A DNA stretch of 64,000 bases from Candidatus Saccharimonadota bacterium. GTDB lineage: Bacteria; Patescibacteriota; Saccharimonadia; Saccharimonadales; UBA10212. Positions 38,099-47,180 of the stretch are shown here, piece by piece. Location: assembly GCA_016187125.1 (NCBI GenBank), contig JACPKF010000007.1, positions 835 through 64,834 on the forward strand. The letters run 5' to 3'. The first letter of the stretch is position 1. The number at the start of each line of letters is the position of its first letter. Made by a program: the position numbers and the translations under genes. The notes below the pieces were generated by a model. The model saw nothing but the letters and a program-made list of their open reading frames with translations, searched no databases and had not been told where the DNA came from.

Positions 38099-40186
38099 AT
38101 GGATGACAAAGCAAAAAATCTAGACAGTCAACCATCCAATCAGCCAAATAGTAGAACCGCGCCCGGTCGTAACTTGGTTACTTCAACCGGCCGAAATGTC
38201 TCTAGAGGGGCGGCCATCCGGGCCCAAAAACAAGCGGTTAACGATGCTAATCGGGTAGCTAGTCAATATCTTGATGCAGCCAATAAACATCCGCTGGCTA
38301 GCGGAGACCGGCCAAGACGTGCCAACGTTATTGATGATAATCCGCGGCTAAAAATTATTGGCTTGGGTGGCATGGATGGTGGCGGTTCTAAAAATATGCT
38401 GGTGATCGAATACCAAAATGATGCAATTGTGATTGATTGCGGCAATGATCTAGGCGTTGATCTGCCAGGCATTAACTACGGTATCGCTGATACGACTTAC
38501 CTCGATCAAATAAAAAATAAGCTAAGAGGTTTTGTCATAACCCATGGGCATCTGGACCACATGGGCGGCCTACCTCACATTTTACCCAAATATAACGTGC
38601 CGGTTTATGGCGGCCGTTTTACCATCGGACGGGTGGAGGAAATCTTTCAAAACTTTGGCCTGCCAATGCCCAAGGGCTTTGAGCTTAAAACTGTCATCAT
38701 GAACGAAACAACCCACGAACGTCTTAAAATTGGCGTGTTTTTCGTGGAATTGGTGCGAGTAACCCATGCCATCCCAGGCAGCACCATGGTAGTGGTTGAT
38801 ACACCGGTGGGTAGAATTATAAATACCGGTGACTTTCGCCTAGATCCCAATCCTTTGGATCACGAAAGAACGGATACGGCACGCATTGAGGAACTGTCTC
38901 GTGAAAATGTGCTGCTACTGATGAGCGAAAGTACTACCACCGAAACCCTTGGCCGTACGCTATCGGAAAGCCAAATCGAGAAAAGCTTTATAGACATTAT
39001 GGACCAGGCGCCCGGACGGATTTTCGTGGCTATTTTCTCGACCAATGTCAATCGCATCCAGATGATAGTTAACGCTGCTGTGCACCACGGGCGTAAAGTG
39101 GCGATTGATGGACGCAGCATGATTAGCACGCTGGAAATGGCCGTAAAAAACGGCTTTATGAAGATTCCCAAGGGTACATTTGTACCGATAGCTTCAGTGT
39201 CTAATCTCAAAGATGATCAAGTTGTGGTAGTCAGTACTGGAGCCCAAGGCGAACCGAACTCGGCGCTTCAACGCATGAGTACGGGGGATCATAAATACGT
39301 TGCATTAAAAGAACAAGACACCGTCATTCTGTCTAGCCGGGCTATTCCGTACACCGGCAATGACGCCTTAATACGCTCTATGGTTGATGAGCTCTTTAAA
39401 AAAGGAGTACACGTTTTTCGTCACGAAACCTACGAGCTGGACGGCGGTGGGCCACTGCACGTTTCCGGGCACGGCGGTCAAGAAGAATATCGGGATATGA
39501 TTAAAATGGTCAAACCAAAATTCTTTTTGCCCATTTACGGCGACTATACCGCCAAAAAATACCATATAGATATTGCTTTGGAGGAGGGAATTCCGCGGGT
39601 CAATACACTGAACGTTGACAACGGCCAAGTCATAACGCTTGCTAAAGACAAAATGCAGCTTGGTGGCGAGGTGCCGCATGGCACCATCTTGGTAGATCAA
39701 ACCGGGGCTGTGGTTAGCACGGTGGTGGTTAAAGACCGGGTCCTACTGGCCGAAGAGGGCGTAGTGGCGGTGGTGCTGACTATCGACAAAAAAACCGGCC
39801 AGCTTCTAACTAGCCCAGATATAATCAGCCGCGGCTTTATCTACATGAAAGAGAATGAAGAGCTAATGAATGCTTTTCGCGCCGAACTGCGCCGAGCGGT
39901 TAGCCAGCGCTTTAAGCGGGTTGATCTGGACCGCTTTAAGGCCGAGCTAAAAGACTACGTCACCCACTTTTTGTACGAGCAAACCCAACGCAGCCCAATT
40001 GTCATCCCAGTAGTTAACGTTATTGGCGGCCGGGCAGAAAAAGCCAATAATAATCTGCACGGTGCCGGCCAAGTTGCGCCCAGCGGTGAAACTCCCAAGA
40101 CGCCTGAAGAGATTGCTTTAGAACAGCAGCGCCGATTTGCACAGATGAGGCAACGACTGCTCAACCAAGACGCCCGTGTGGACTAA
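38099..40186 (+). CDS. rnj: ribonuclease J
   Basis: THGHLDH.G, HAIP, TGDFR, TG.QGEP, HVSGH. Confidence 0.96.
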   Translation: MDDKAKNLDSQPSNQPNSRTAPGRNLVTSTGRNVSRGAAIRAQKQAVNDANRVASQYLDAANKHPLASGDRPRRANVIDDNPRLKIIGLGGMDGGGSKNMLVIEYQNDAIVIDCGNDLGVDLPGINYGIADTTYLDQIKNKLRGFVITHGHLDHMGGLPHILPKYNVPVYGGRFTIGRVEEIFQNFGLPMPKGFELKTVIMNETTHERLKIGVFFVELVRVTHAIPGSTMVVVDTPVGRIINTGDFRLDPNPLDHERTDTARIEELSRENVLLLMSESTTTETLGRTLSESQIEKSFIDIMDQAPGRIFVAIFSTNVNRIQMIVNAAVHHGRKVAIDGRSMISTLEMAVKNGFMKIPKGTFVPIASVSNLKDDQVVVVSTGAQGEPNSALQRMSTGDHKYVALKEQDTVILSSRAIPYTGNDALIRSMVDELFKKGVHVFRHETYELDGGGPLHVSGHGGQEEYRDMIKMVKPKFFLPIYGDYTAKKYHIDIALEEGIPRVNTLNVDNGQVITLAKDKMQLGGEVPHGTILVDQTGAVVSTVVVKDRVLLAEEGVVAVVLTIDKKTGQLLTSPDIISRGFIYMKENEELMNAFRAELRRAVSQRFKRVDLDRFKAELKDYVTHFLYEQTQRSPIVIPVVNVIGGRAEKANNNLHGAGQVAPSGETPKTPEEIALEQQRRFAQMRQRLLNQDARVD

Positions 40187-40363
40187 TATTTCCGGACGCT
40201 GCCTCGACTCGATATAGCTGTTGATTAAAAACAGGCTCGCTCGGGAACTCCTCGGAATTCATCCACTGGATAAATTCTTCGTCAAACAGCCCTCGCACCC
40301 AAGGACGCCTCTTTTCAACAACATCTACTCGGGCCTCGCCAGATGCCCGGAAATATTAGTCCA
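40179..40363. mobile_element. MITE-like element with a 17-bp perfect TIR overlapping the rnj stop codon
   Basis: tggactaatatttccgg (40179-40195) / ccggaaatattagtcca (40347-40363). Confidence 0.82.
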
Positions 40364-40530
40364 TCCTCCAAAAAATCGAAGCCAAGGACAGACTGTTTTA
40401 CGCTCGCCCGGCTTCAGGTTCGCTGCGCAGGCCTAGAATTCAAACCGTTGGCCACTCTATTGAAGGTTTAGAAAATTGACAAAAGCACATAAATTTGCTA
40501 CAGTATATCTATATTATAAAAAGGATACGT

Positions 40531-41019
40531 ATGACAACTCACGATCATCCACCTTCACCAGAACAACCAGCCACACCTAATTTACTTGGCCTTTTTGAAA
40601 GAGTTGGAATGCTAGTACAAGCGCAGACTGATGAGGACCGAGGTCTTTATCAATCAGACCCTCCTATTCATTATAAGGAGTTCACTCCTGATATAGAAGA
40701 TGGCGAAGACCGAGATCCGGATGTTACTAGCATCACTTGGCCGCTTAAACCTGAATATGATAAAGCCGACCGGTTTCTTCCTAGTGGAGAACTAATGGTA
40801 GGAACAGATGAAAAGGAAATTGTCTATACATTCGGTCGGGTAATCGCTGAAGATTTGGACCAACCAAATACACCAAAAATAAAGAAACGCCAAAAGCTTT
40901 ATAATGTTGCAAATCCCGAATGGGAATCGGAGAGAGAGTTGAGCGACGATGAAGTTGAAGAACTACAAGAAATTCAGAAAGTTCTAGCGGAAATCGAACA
41001 AAAATTAGCAGTAGACTAA
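40531..41019 (+). CDS. acidic hypothetical protein
   Basis: ORF; ttgaca promoter and aagga RBS upstream. Confidence 0.65.
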   Translation: MTTHDHPPSPEQPATPNLLGLFERVGMLVQAQTDEDRGLYQSDPPIHYKEFTPDIEDGEDRDPDVTSITWPLKPEYDKADRFLPSGELMVGTDEKEIVYTFGRVIAEDLDQPNTPKIKKRQKLYNVANPEWESERELSDDEVEELQEIQKVLAEIEQKLAVD

Positions 41020-41020
41020 T

Positions 41021-41050
41021 CTTCTCAACCAAGACGCCCGGGTTGATTAG
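41021..41050 (+). repeat. second copy of the rnj C-terminus (LLNQDARVD*)
   Basis: cttctcaaccaagacgcccgggttgattag. Confidence 0.9.
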
Positions 41051-41283
41051 CCCTGTTTGCGGTTCTTAAGGAATTCTTCGGTTGTTAGTCCAATATCTTT
41101 ACAAATCTGTCTGAGCAAAATTGGTGAGATATCCCGAGATCCATGAACCGGCACAGTTGTTGCCCGTCCGTCTGGATGCCTGAATTGTTGATGCGAACCG
41201 CGCTGGCGCGCCAAGCTAAAGCCCAGCCTTTCCAAAATGGCGATTACCCCTTTTGGCTTTAAGACAGGCAGCTTAACAGCCAT
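41047..41283 (-). CDS. hicA: HicA family toxin
   Basis: L...GF...RQRGSH..F.H..G...TVPVH. Confidence 0.92.
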   Translation of the reverse strand: MAVKLPVLKPKGVIAILERLGFSLARQRGSHQQFRHPDGRATTVPVHGSRDISPILLRQICKDIGLTTEEFLKNRKQG

Positions 41284-41284
41284 T

Positions 41285-41503
41285 TTAGACTGCGACTAAT
41301 TGCGTACCGACGAAATATGATTCTGGCTTCTGGTTATTATCATCTTCGAGCACTAAAGCCACTACCTCTTTGAGATTTTTGTTCAATTCCTCCAGCGTTT
41401 CGCCCTGAGTGTGGGCGCCGGGCAAATCAGGCACATAGGCTACGTACAGACCAGTAGCTACATCCTTTTCAATAATTGCGGTATAGGCTTGCGCGGATTT
41501 CAT
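41285..41503 (-). CDS. hicB: HicB family antitoxin (short, no DNA-binding domain)
   Basis: YVAYVPDLPG.HTQGETLEE...NLKE. Confidence 0.92.
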   Translation of the reverse strand: MKSAQAYTAIIEKDVATGLYVAYVPDLPGAHTQGETLEELNKNLKEVVALVLEDDNNQKPESYFVGTQLVAV

Positions 41504-41538
41504 AATAATAATTATAACACGTTTCGGCTGTGTTCGGG

Positions 41539-41595
41539 CGCCGCTTCGCCCAGATGCGCCAACGTCTGCTTAACCAAGACGCTCGCGTCGACTAG
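41539..41595 (+). repeat. third copy of the rnj C-terminus (RRFAQMRQRLLNQDARVD*)
   Basis: 18/18 aa identical to 40130-40186; 9 sense codons and the stop differ. Confidence 0.92.
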
Positions 41596-41632
41596 TCTCA
41601 ATCCGAGGTCCGAGACTTACTTCATAATAGAT

Positions 41633-41684
41633 AACAGATCAAGATATGAGAATAGATTCAGCGTTCGCTGAATCTATTCTCATA
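41633..41684. repeat. family A palindrome
   Basis: tatgagaatagattcagcgttcgctgaatctattctcata. Confidence 0.85.
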
Positions 41685-41780
41685 CTCTTTGTCCACCTGC
41701 AGAACCTAGTTATCGACGCGTCGAGTAAGTTAACTGCAAGGGAAGAGAATATTTAATTAGTTAAGTACTTAATGATTTAC

Positions 41781-42599
41781 CTAGTGCCTGCCCCATCTTC
41801 TGCCCAATTCAGCCTGTCTGTACTCCGTAAAAGAGTTGGCAAACCGCATTACCGGCCAACGAGTGAGGTGCGAGCTATCAGAATAGAGAACAAGCGGTGT
41901 ATCATCGAAAGGCCAAGTTTGGCAGAAATCTTTGCTTTTAAGCCAGACATGTAAGCTAGTTAGGTTGGCAAAGGATATTCTTGTCCCAGTCTCGGCAGTG
42001 TAACTTTGAAGGCGTTCGCCGAAGCCTATGCTAGTAACATCTGCTGCAATCCAGCTGACGGGCGTAGACCTAAGAGCTTCTTGAGTTCGGGCAAAACGAT
42101 CAAGATCGGTCCAGTGATAATCCCCATATTCACCAGCCTCTAAACCAATCATTTTTATCAAGTATTGAATATGTGAATAAGAATCTGAATTAGCTGGATC
42201 AAGCTTACTGCCTGCGTAGGCTTTATCCCACAAGCTCTTTATAACTTCGGCTGGCATATTGCTGTGACTAATAAGTTCAGCTAAATCTGCATTAAATGAC
42301 AAGACATGCGGGTTATAATCAACCATAAGTACTCTATCCAGCTGTAGCTCAGGCAAAATTGAAAGCATGCCCCCAGCGCCAATAAATAGACCTATCCCAC
42401 CTCTTATACTCCTTAGACGATCCTGAATAATAGGCGCCAAATCTTTAAAACCTTGATCATTTGATACTGCCCATTTTGGTTTGTCTGTTCTTAGACTTCC
42501 GTAGTCACCGGAAAGGCTAGGATCACCGGAAGAGAAATCGTCATTGTTTAGTCCTACTAAACCATCTATAGGGAAACGTTCAGGAGTAGGAGAATTCAT
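41781..42599 (-). CDS. hypothetical protein, possible SAM-binding Rossmann-like fold
   Basis: LFIGAGG, VLMVDYN, WIAADV. Confidence 0.55.
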   Translation of the reverse strand: MNSPTPERFPIDGLVGLNNDDFSSGDPSLSGDYGSLRTDKPKWAVSNDQGFKDLAPIIQDRLRSIRGGIGLFIGAGGMLSILPELQLDRVLMVDYNPHVLSFNADLAELISHSNMPAEVIKSLWDKAYAGSKLDPANSDSYSHIQYLIKMIGLEAGEYGDYHWTDLDRFARTQEALRSTPVSWIAADVTSIGFGERLQSYTAETGTRISFANLTSLHVWLKSKDFCQTWPFDDTPLVLYSDSSHLTRWPVMRFANSFTEYRQAELGRRWGRH

Positions 42600-42667
42600 A
42601 GTTTATAACTCTAGTATAATTTTATCAAATTGTCAAAAAGAAGGTTTTTGCCGGTTTTATTTTTTTT

Positions 42668-42811
42668 GAGGTCTGTCCTTGTAAAAAGCTAGGGAAGATG
42701 GTCCTGCCGCACCATACTTGACAGCTCACTTAGAGGTTCGACCTTAAGAAAAGAGAGGTAAAACCTTATAGTTTTATATTTTCAATCTTGCTTTTCCCAA
42801 GGACGGACCTC
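42668..42811. repeat. family M REP-like cluster
   Basis: gaggtctgtccttg, gaggttcgacctt, caaggacggacctc. Confidence 0.7.
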
Positions 42812-42918
42812 CTCACGCTGCCAGAACGGAAAATTGACAAAGGCAGCGTGAGTGTGTTATAATTACAACATTATGCCTGCCTGTTTTGGCGGGCATAAAC
42901 GGGTTATAATAGGCAGGT

Positions 42919-45075
42919 ATGGCAAGAAAACGCAAATATACAAAACGCAAAAAAGCCGAGGATAAGCAAAAAACCTCTAATTTTTGGCGAGGTGTCGGCG
43001 GGGTTCTGCTAATAGTTGGCGGCGTTGTACTGGGTTTTGGCGCTTTTATCAATGCCCCAATCCCACAAGATTTCTGGCACGGCGCCTGGTGGGCCTTTGG
43101 CGTCGGTGCGGTAATTGCTCCCTTGGCGTTGATTTATCTTGGTTCACTAAAATTTCTGACCGAAGATCAACAGATACCTTTGCCAAAAATGCTTAGCGTC
43201 TTGGGGTTATTGACTTTTTTTGCCGCTTGGATGCACGTAGCCTTTGGGCGTGGCGGCAACGTCGGACAAACAGTAGGTGAGGTGCTAGAAAGCGCTATGG
43301 GGAACTTCTTGTCCTCGTTGGTCTTTTTTATTCTAAGTCTATTCTTTTTTTTGTTCACCTTGGCGATTGATCCCCGCTCACTACTTAAACTGGCAGCACT
43401 GTTTAAACGGCAGCCCCGTGAGGGTAAAGGAGAAGAAGACCTGGCGGCTTTAAAAAGTAAAATGAGTCCGGACTTTCAACTGCATGAGGGCGTGCCGGTA
43501 GAACATCACTCCGGCAGAGGTCTGAGCAGTCTGCGCAACACTGCCCAAAAACTGGCGCCTTCAGAAGACCACGCCGCGCTAACTGTAGCCAGCGATCCCG
43601 ACTGGCAATTTCCGCCGCTTAGTCTACTCAGTGATAAGCAAGATAAAGCCGACGCTGGTGATGTAACCGGCAATGCTCAAACCATAAAAGAAACTTTTAC
43701 CAACTTTAATATTGATGTGGAAGTCGAGGGCGCCAATGTCGGCCCGCGAGTGACTCAGTACACGCTTAAGCCGCCCACGGGCGTTAAATTGTCGCGTCTG
43801 ACGACTTTAGAAAACAACCTGGCGCTTGATTTGGCGGCCGACACCATCCGTATGGAGGCTCCGATTCCCGGTAAACGGGCGGTTGGCATTGAAGTGCCTA
43901 ATGTAAAAGCCGCCACAGTCTCGATTTATGGCCTACTGACCAGTTCGGAATGGCAAGAACTAAAGTCGCCGCTGGGAATTACCATCGGTAAAGACATTTC
44001 CGGGAACCCGGTGGTTGGCGATCTGGACAAAATGCCGCACTTGCTGATTGCTGGCCAAACCGGCTCTGGCAAAAGCGTTATGATCAACACCATACTAACC
44101 AGCTTACTTTATAAAAAGAGCCCATCCGAGCTTAAGCTTATCCTAGTTGATCCAAAGCAAGTTGAGATGAACCTTTATAGCGATATTCCCCATCTGTTGA
44201 GTCCAGTGATTCATGAGCCCGAAAAATGCATCAGCGCGCTTAAGTGGGCGGTAGCCGAGATGGAACGGCGCTTGAGAGCTTTTGCCGCGGTGGCTAAGCG
44301 CAACATCGGCGAATACAACGAGCTTAAGCAAGAAGAAGGCATGCCCTACATTGTTATTGTCATAGACGAGCTGGCCGATCTGATGATGATGGCGGCCCGC
44401 GATGTGGAGGCCCTAGTGGTACGTTTGGCCCAAAAATCCCGGGCGGCCGGCATACACCTAGTAATAGCTACCCAGCGGCCCAGCGTAGATGTTATTACCG
44501 GCCTGATTAAAGCTAACATCCCAGCTCGCATCGCCTTCACGGTTGTTAGCCAAGTGGACTCCAGGACTATTATCGACCAAGTAGGCGCCGAAAAATTGCT
44601 GGGCCGCGGCGATATGCTTTACAGCATTCCGGAATTTAGCAAGCCAAAGCGCCTGCAGGCCGCTCTTATCAGCGACGCCGAAACCAACAAAGTTTGTGAT
44701 TTTTTGCGCAATCAACGCCCGCCGCAATACGATGATGAGGTGGTCAGCCAGCCAGTTCAGCTAACTGGCCGAGCAGCCTCAGCCCTGAGCATGGAAGGGA
44801 CTGTAGATGATAGCGCCTGGAAAGACGCCGTTGAGGTTGTCATAAATAACAATAAGGCTAGTACTAGCTTGTTGCAGCGCAAGCTGCGGATTGGTTACGG
44901 CCGGGCTTCGCGTTTGATAGATATGATGGAGGAGCAGGATATAGTCGGGCCGTCCGAGGGCTCTCGTCCGCGGGCCGTTTTGGTCCGTAGTATCGATGAT
45001 GTTTTTGGCTCAAGTGAGACTGAGGCCTCTAAAGACGACATCTATGATGAGAATTTCCCCGACGAAAAAATCTAA
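42919..45075 (+). CDS. ftsK: DNA translocase FtsK
   Basis: 4 TM, PHLLIAGQTGSGKS, IDELADLM, ATQRPS, gamma domain. Confidence 0.97.
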   Translation: MARKRKYTKRKKAEDKQKTSNFWRGVGGVLLIVGGVVLGFGAFINAPIPQDFWHGAWWAFGVGAVIAPLALIYLGSLKFLTEDQQIPLPKMLSVLGLLTFFAAWMHVAFGRGGNVGQTVGEVLESAMGNFLSSLVFFILSLFFFLFTLAIDPRSLLKLAALFKRQPREGKGEEDLAALKSKMSPDFQLHEGVPVEHHSGRGLSSLRNTAQKLAPSEDHAALTVASDPDWQFPPLSLLSDKQDKADAGDVTGNAQTIKETFTNFNIDVEVEGANVGPRVTQYTLKPPTGVKLSRLTTLENNLALDLAADTIRMEAPIPGKRAVGIEVPNVKAATVSIYGLLTSSEWQELKSPLGITIGKDISGNPVVGDLDKMPHLLIAGQTGSGKSVMINTILTSLLYKKSPSELKLILVDPKQVEMNLYSDIPHLLSPVIHEPEKCISALKWAVAEMERRLRAFAAVAKRNIGEYNELKQEEGMPYIVIVIDELADLMMMAARDVEALVVRLAQKSRAAGIHLVIATQRPSVDVITGLIKANIPARIAFTVVSQVDSRTIIDQVGAEKLLGRGDMLYSIPEFSKPKRLQAALISDAETNKVCDFLRNQRPPQYDDEVVSQPVQLTGRAASALSMEGTVDDSAWKDAVEVVINNNKASTSLLQRKLRIGYGRASRLIDMMEEQDIVGPSEGSRPRAVLVRSIDDVFGSSETEASKDDIYDENFPDEKI

Positions 45076-45141
45076 AATTTTTAAACTGTTTGACAATTCG
45101 ACTGAATGCTGGTATTATCCTTTCAATAACAGGAGTAAAAT

Positions 45142-45687
45142 ATGAGTTCGATTGAAGAACTAGACCATATAGTCAACCCCGATTATCAAGCCTTTTCATC
45201 CGCAATATTCCCCGGTGGATTACCGGGGGAATATGATCCTATTTGGGAAGCCTATTGGCCCCTTGCGCCTGGGGTTGACGGTCAAGTTGTCCCTGTAGTA
45301 GAAGTTACGCTTGTTAAGGATCAATCAATCGAATTTCGTACTCAAGAAGAAATAGAACATATGTTAGCAACCAACGGCTTAAGAGCCACTGCATTGATTC
45401 GTGGTGGCAAACGACCCAAAGAAGCTTTACCACCAAAACACATCAGAGATGCCAGTCGAGAACCCAAGCTGCAACCTCCCACAAAAGAAGTAGAGGTGCG
45501 CGATGAAAAAACTGGAAAAGTCGTAAGATTGGAAACAGTCCCTATGAGACTTGATGAAAGGGCTAAGCCACCTAGCTATGCGAAACATGTGGGCGCAACA
45601 ATTACTCCCGAAGTACGAGAAAGTGCTATTGACGTACTTCAAAGAGACAGCGAAACACATAAAGACAATCGCCAAAGGGTTCGGTAA
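45142..45687 (+). CDS. hypothetical protein
   Basis: ttgaca..tattat promoter, aggag RBS. Confidence 0.65.
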   Translation: MSSIEELDHIVNPDYQAFSSAIFPGGLPGEYDPIWEAYWPLAPGVDGQVVPVVEVTLVKDQSIEFRTQEEIEHMLATNGLRATALIRGGKRPKEALPPKHIRDASREPKLQPPTKEVEVRDEKTGKVVRLETVPMRLDERAKPPSYAKHVGATITPEVRESAIDVLQRDSETHKDNRQRVR

Positions 45688-45828
45688 GGCTCTATATCAT
45701 ATTTGACTAACAGGGGTAAGTTAGTTAAAATAAAACCATTGTCAACTCAGCTTGCGGCGAAAGGCGCGTAGGTCCACCCGCCTAAACTTCTTAGAAGTTT
45801 TGGTGGGCAAGTCTAAAGGAGGTTCTAT

Positions 45829-46488
45829 ATGAGTGCACGAGCAACGCAGACTGGTGCAATACAAGGCGCGGGTGAGGAGCGCAACGAAGATGTACAAAAT
45901 GGTACATCGAGTAAGCACCGCAGCCCGCAAGCCGACTCCGCCGAAGTAGCTTCGGCTACGAAGGCCGGGCGCACTAATGCGTCTGAAAGCGCTAGCAGAA
46001 TCGGCGGCTCAGCCAGTGAGCAGTACAGTGCGGTGCGTGGGTCGGTGAATCAATATGAGATTGCGGTGTTATACCATCCGGATCTGGAAATTGATCTGGG
46101 AAAAGCCTCTGCTAAGGTAGAACAGATCATCGCTACCAGCGGGGGTAAAATTACCAAAACTGACAATTGGGGCAAGCGCAAGCTGGCTTATCCCATTAAG
46201 AAAAATGACTTTGCGGTGTATGTTTTTTACGATGTGGCAATGGAACCATCAGGCGTAGCCAAAATCGAGCAAACTTTTAATATAACCGATGAGATTATCC
46301 GTTTTTTGATAACCCGGCCGGATTTTAAAGCCAAAGCCAAAGCCGAAGCTCTGGCCAAAGAAAAGGCTAAGAAAGCTGCCGAGAGAAGCGAAAAAGATGA
46401 CGAAGATAAGGACGACGAGCGAGAGACTGAAAAACCTCGTCGTAGTAGAATAATAGCTAAGAACTTGGGACTAGGGACTAAGGACTAA
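45829..46488 (+). CDS. rpsF: 30S ribosomal protein S6; the first 72 codons come from an inserted family D/E element (S6 body starts at GTG 46045)
   Basis: YE....HPDL, WGKRKLAYPIKK, IIRFLI. Confidence 0.93.
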   Translation: MSARATQTGAIQGAGEERNEDVQNGTSSKHRSPQADSAEVASATKAGRTNASESASRIGGSASEQYSAVRGSVNQYEIAVLYHPDLEIDLGKASAKVEQIIATSGGKITKTDNWGKRKLAYPIKKNDFAVYVFYDVAMEPSGVAKIEQTFNITDEIIRFLITRPDFKAKAKAEALAKEKAKKAAERSEKDDEDKDDERETEKPRRSRIIAKNLGLGTKD

Positions 46489-46523
46489 GGACTAAGGACT
46501 AAATCCGACAAAGGAGGATTTTT

Positions 46524-47042
46524 ATGGCACGAAGTTTTAATCAAGTAGTTTTGATGGGAAATCTCACCCGAGATCCGGATTTGCGGACTACGCCCAGCGG
46601 ACAAAGCGTCTGTAACTTTAGTTTAGCGCTGAACCGAAGCTATAAGGGCCAGGATGGTGAATGGAAAGAAATGACCGACTTTATTGACATTGTGGCTTGG
46701 GGTCCTTTGGGTGAGCGAGTCGCCCAATATTTAACTAAGGGCCGACCGGCGCTGGTTAGCGGCCGGCTGCAAAGCCGCAGCTGGGAGCAAGACGGCCAAA
46801 AGCGTAACAAAGTGGAAGTGGTAGCTCAGGATGTAACATTCTTGGGCAGTCCCAGCGGATCGGCGGCTAGTAGCCTAGCAACGGATGAGCCGACAGCCGC
46901 GGCAAGCGATGATAAAAAAGCCGTTCCGAAAAAGAAAAAAGATGATAAAAATCCGCCAGCTGTCGGAACTAAAGACGAGGAAGATGTTGTGATTGAGGAC
47001 ATCGGCGACGAACCGATTAATTTGGATGATATACCATTCTAA
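46524..47042 (+). CDS. ssb: single-stranded DNA-binding protein
   Basis: N.V.LMGNLTRDP, GRLQ.RSWE, C-terminal DDIPF. Confidence 0.97.
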   Translation: MARSFNQVVLMGNLTRDPDLRTTPSGQSVCNFSLALNRSYKGQDGEWKEMTDFIDIVAWGPLGERVAQYLTKGRPALVSGRLQSRSWEQDGQKRNKVEVVAQDVTFLGSPSGSAASSLATDEPTAAASDDKKAVPKKKKDDKNPPAVGTKDEEDVVIEDIGDEPINLDDIPF

Positions 47043-47180
47043 CAATTTTCAATGTCTAATTTTCAATTTTTATTCAATCTTCAAACCACTAATTTACAAA
47101 CGTTTGAGACATTGAGAATTGGATCATTGATTGAAAACTGGTAATTGTAAATTGATAATTCTCGACTGAAAGGAGCATAA
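47043..47180. repeat. 7-nt-period inverted repeat element ending in an RBS for rpsR
   Basis: caatttt-type units facing attg-type units; gaaaggagcataaATG. Confidence 0.75.

Noticed and set aside
40221..40436. 71-aa ORF inside the TIR element as a transposase remnant
   Set aside because: No DDE or HUH motif; TTG start without an RBS
41047..41503. hicB-before-hicA order as a novelty
   Set aside because: Reversed order with a short HicB is a known arrangement; only its position between rnj-end copies is notable
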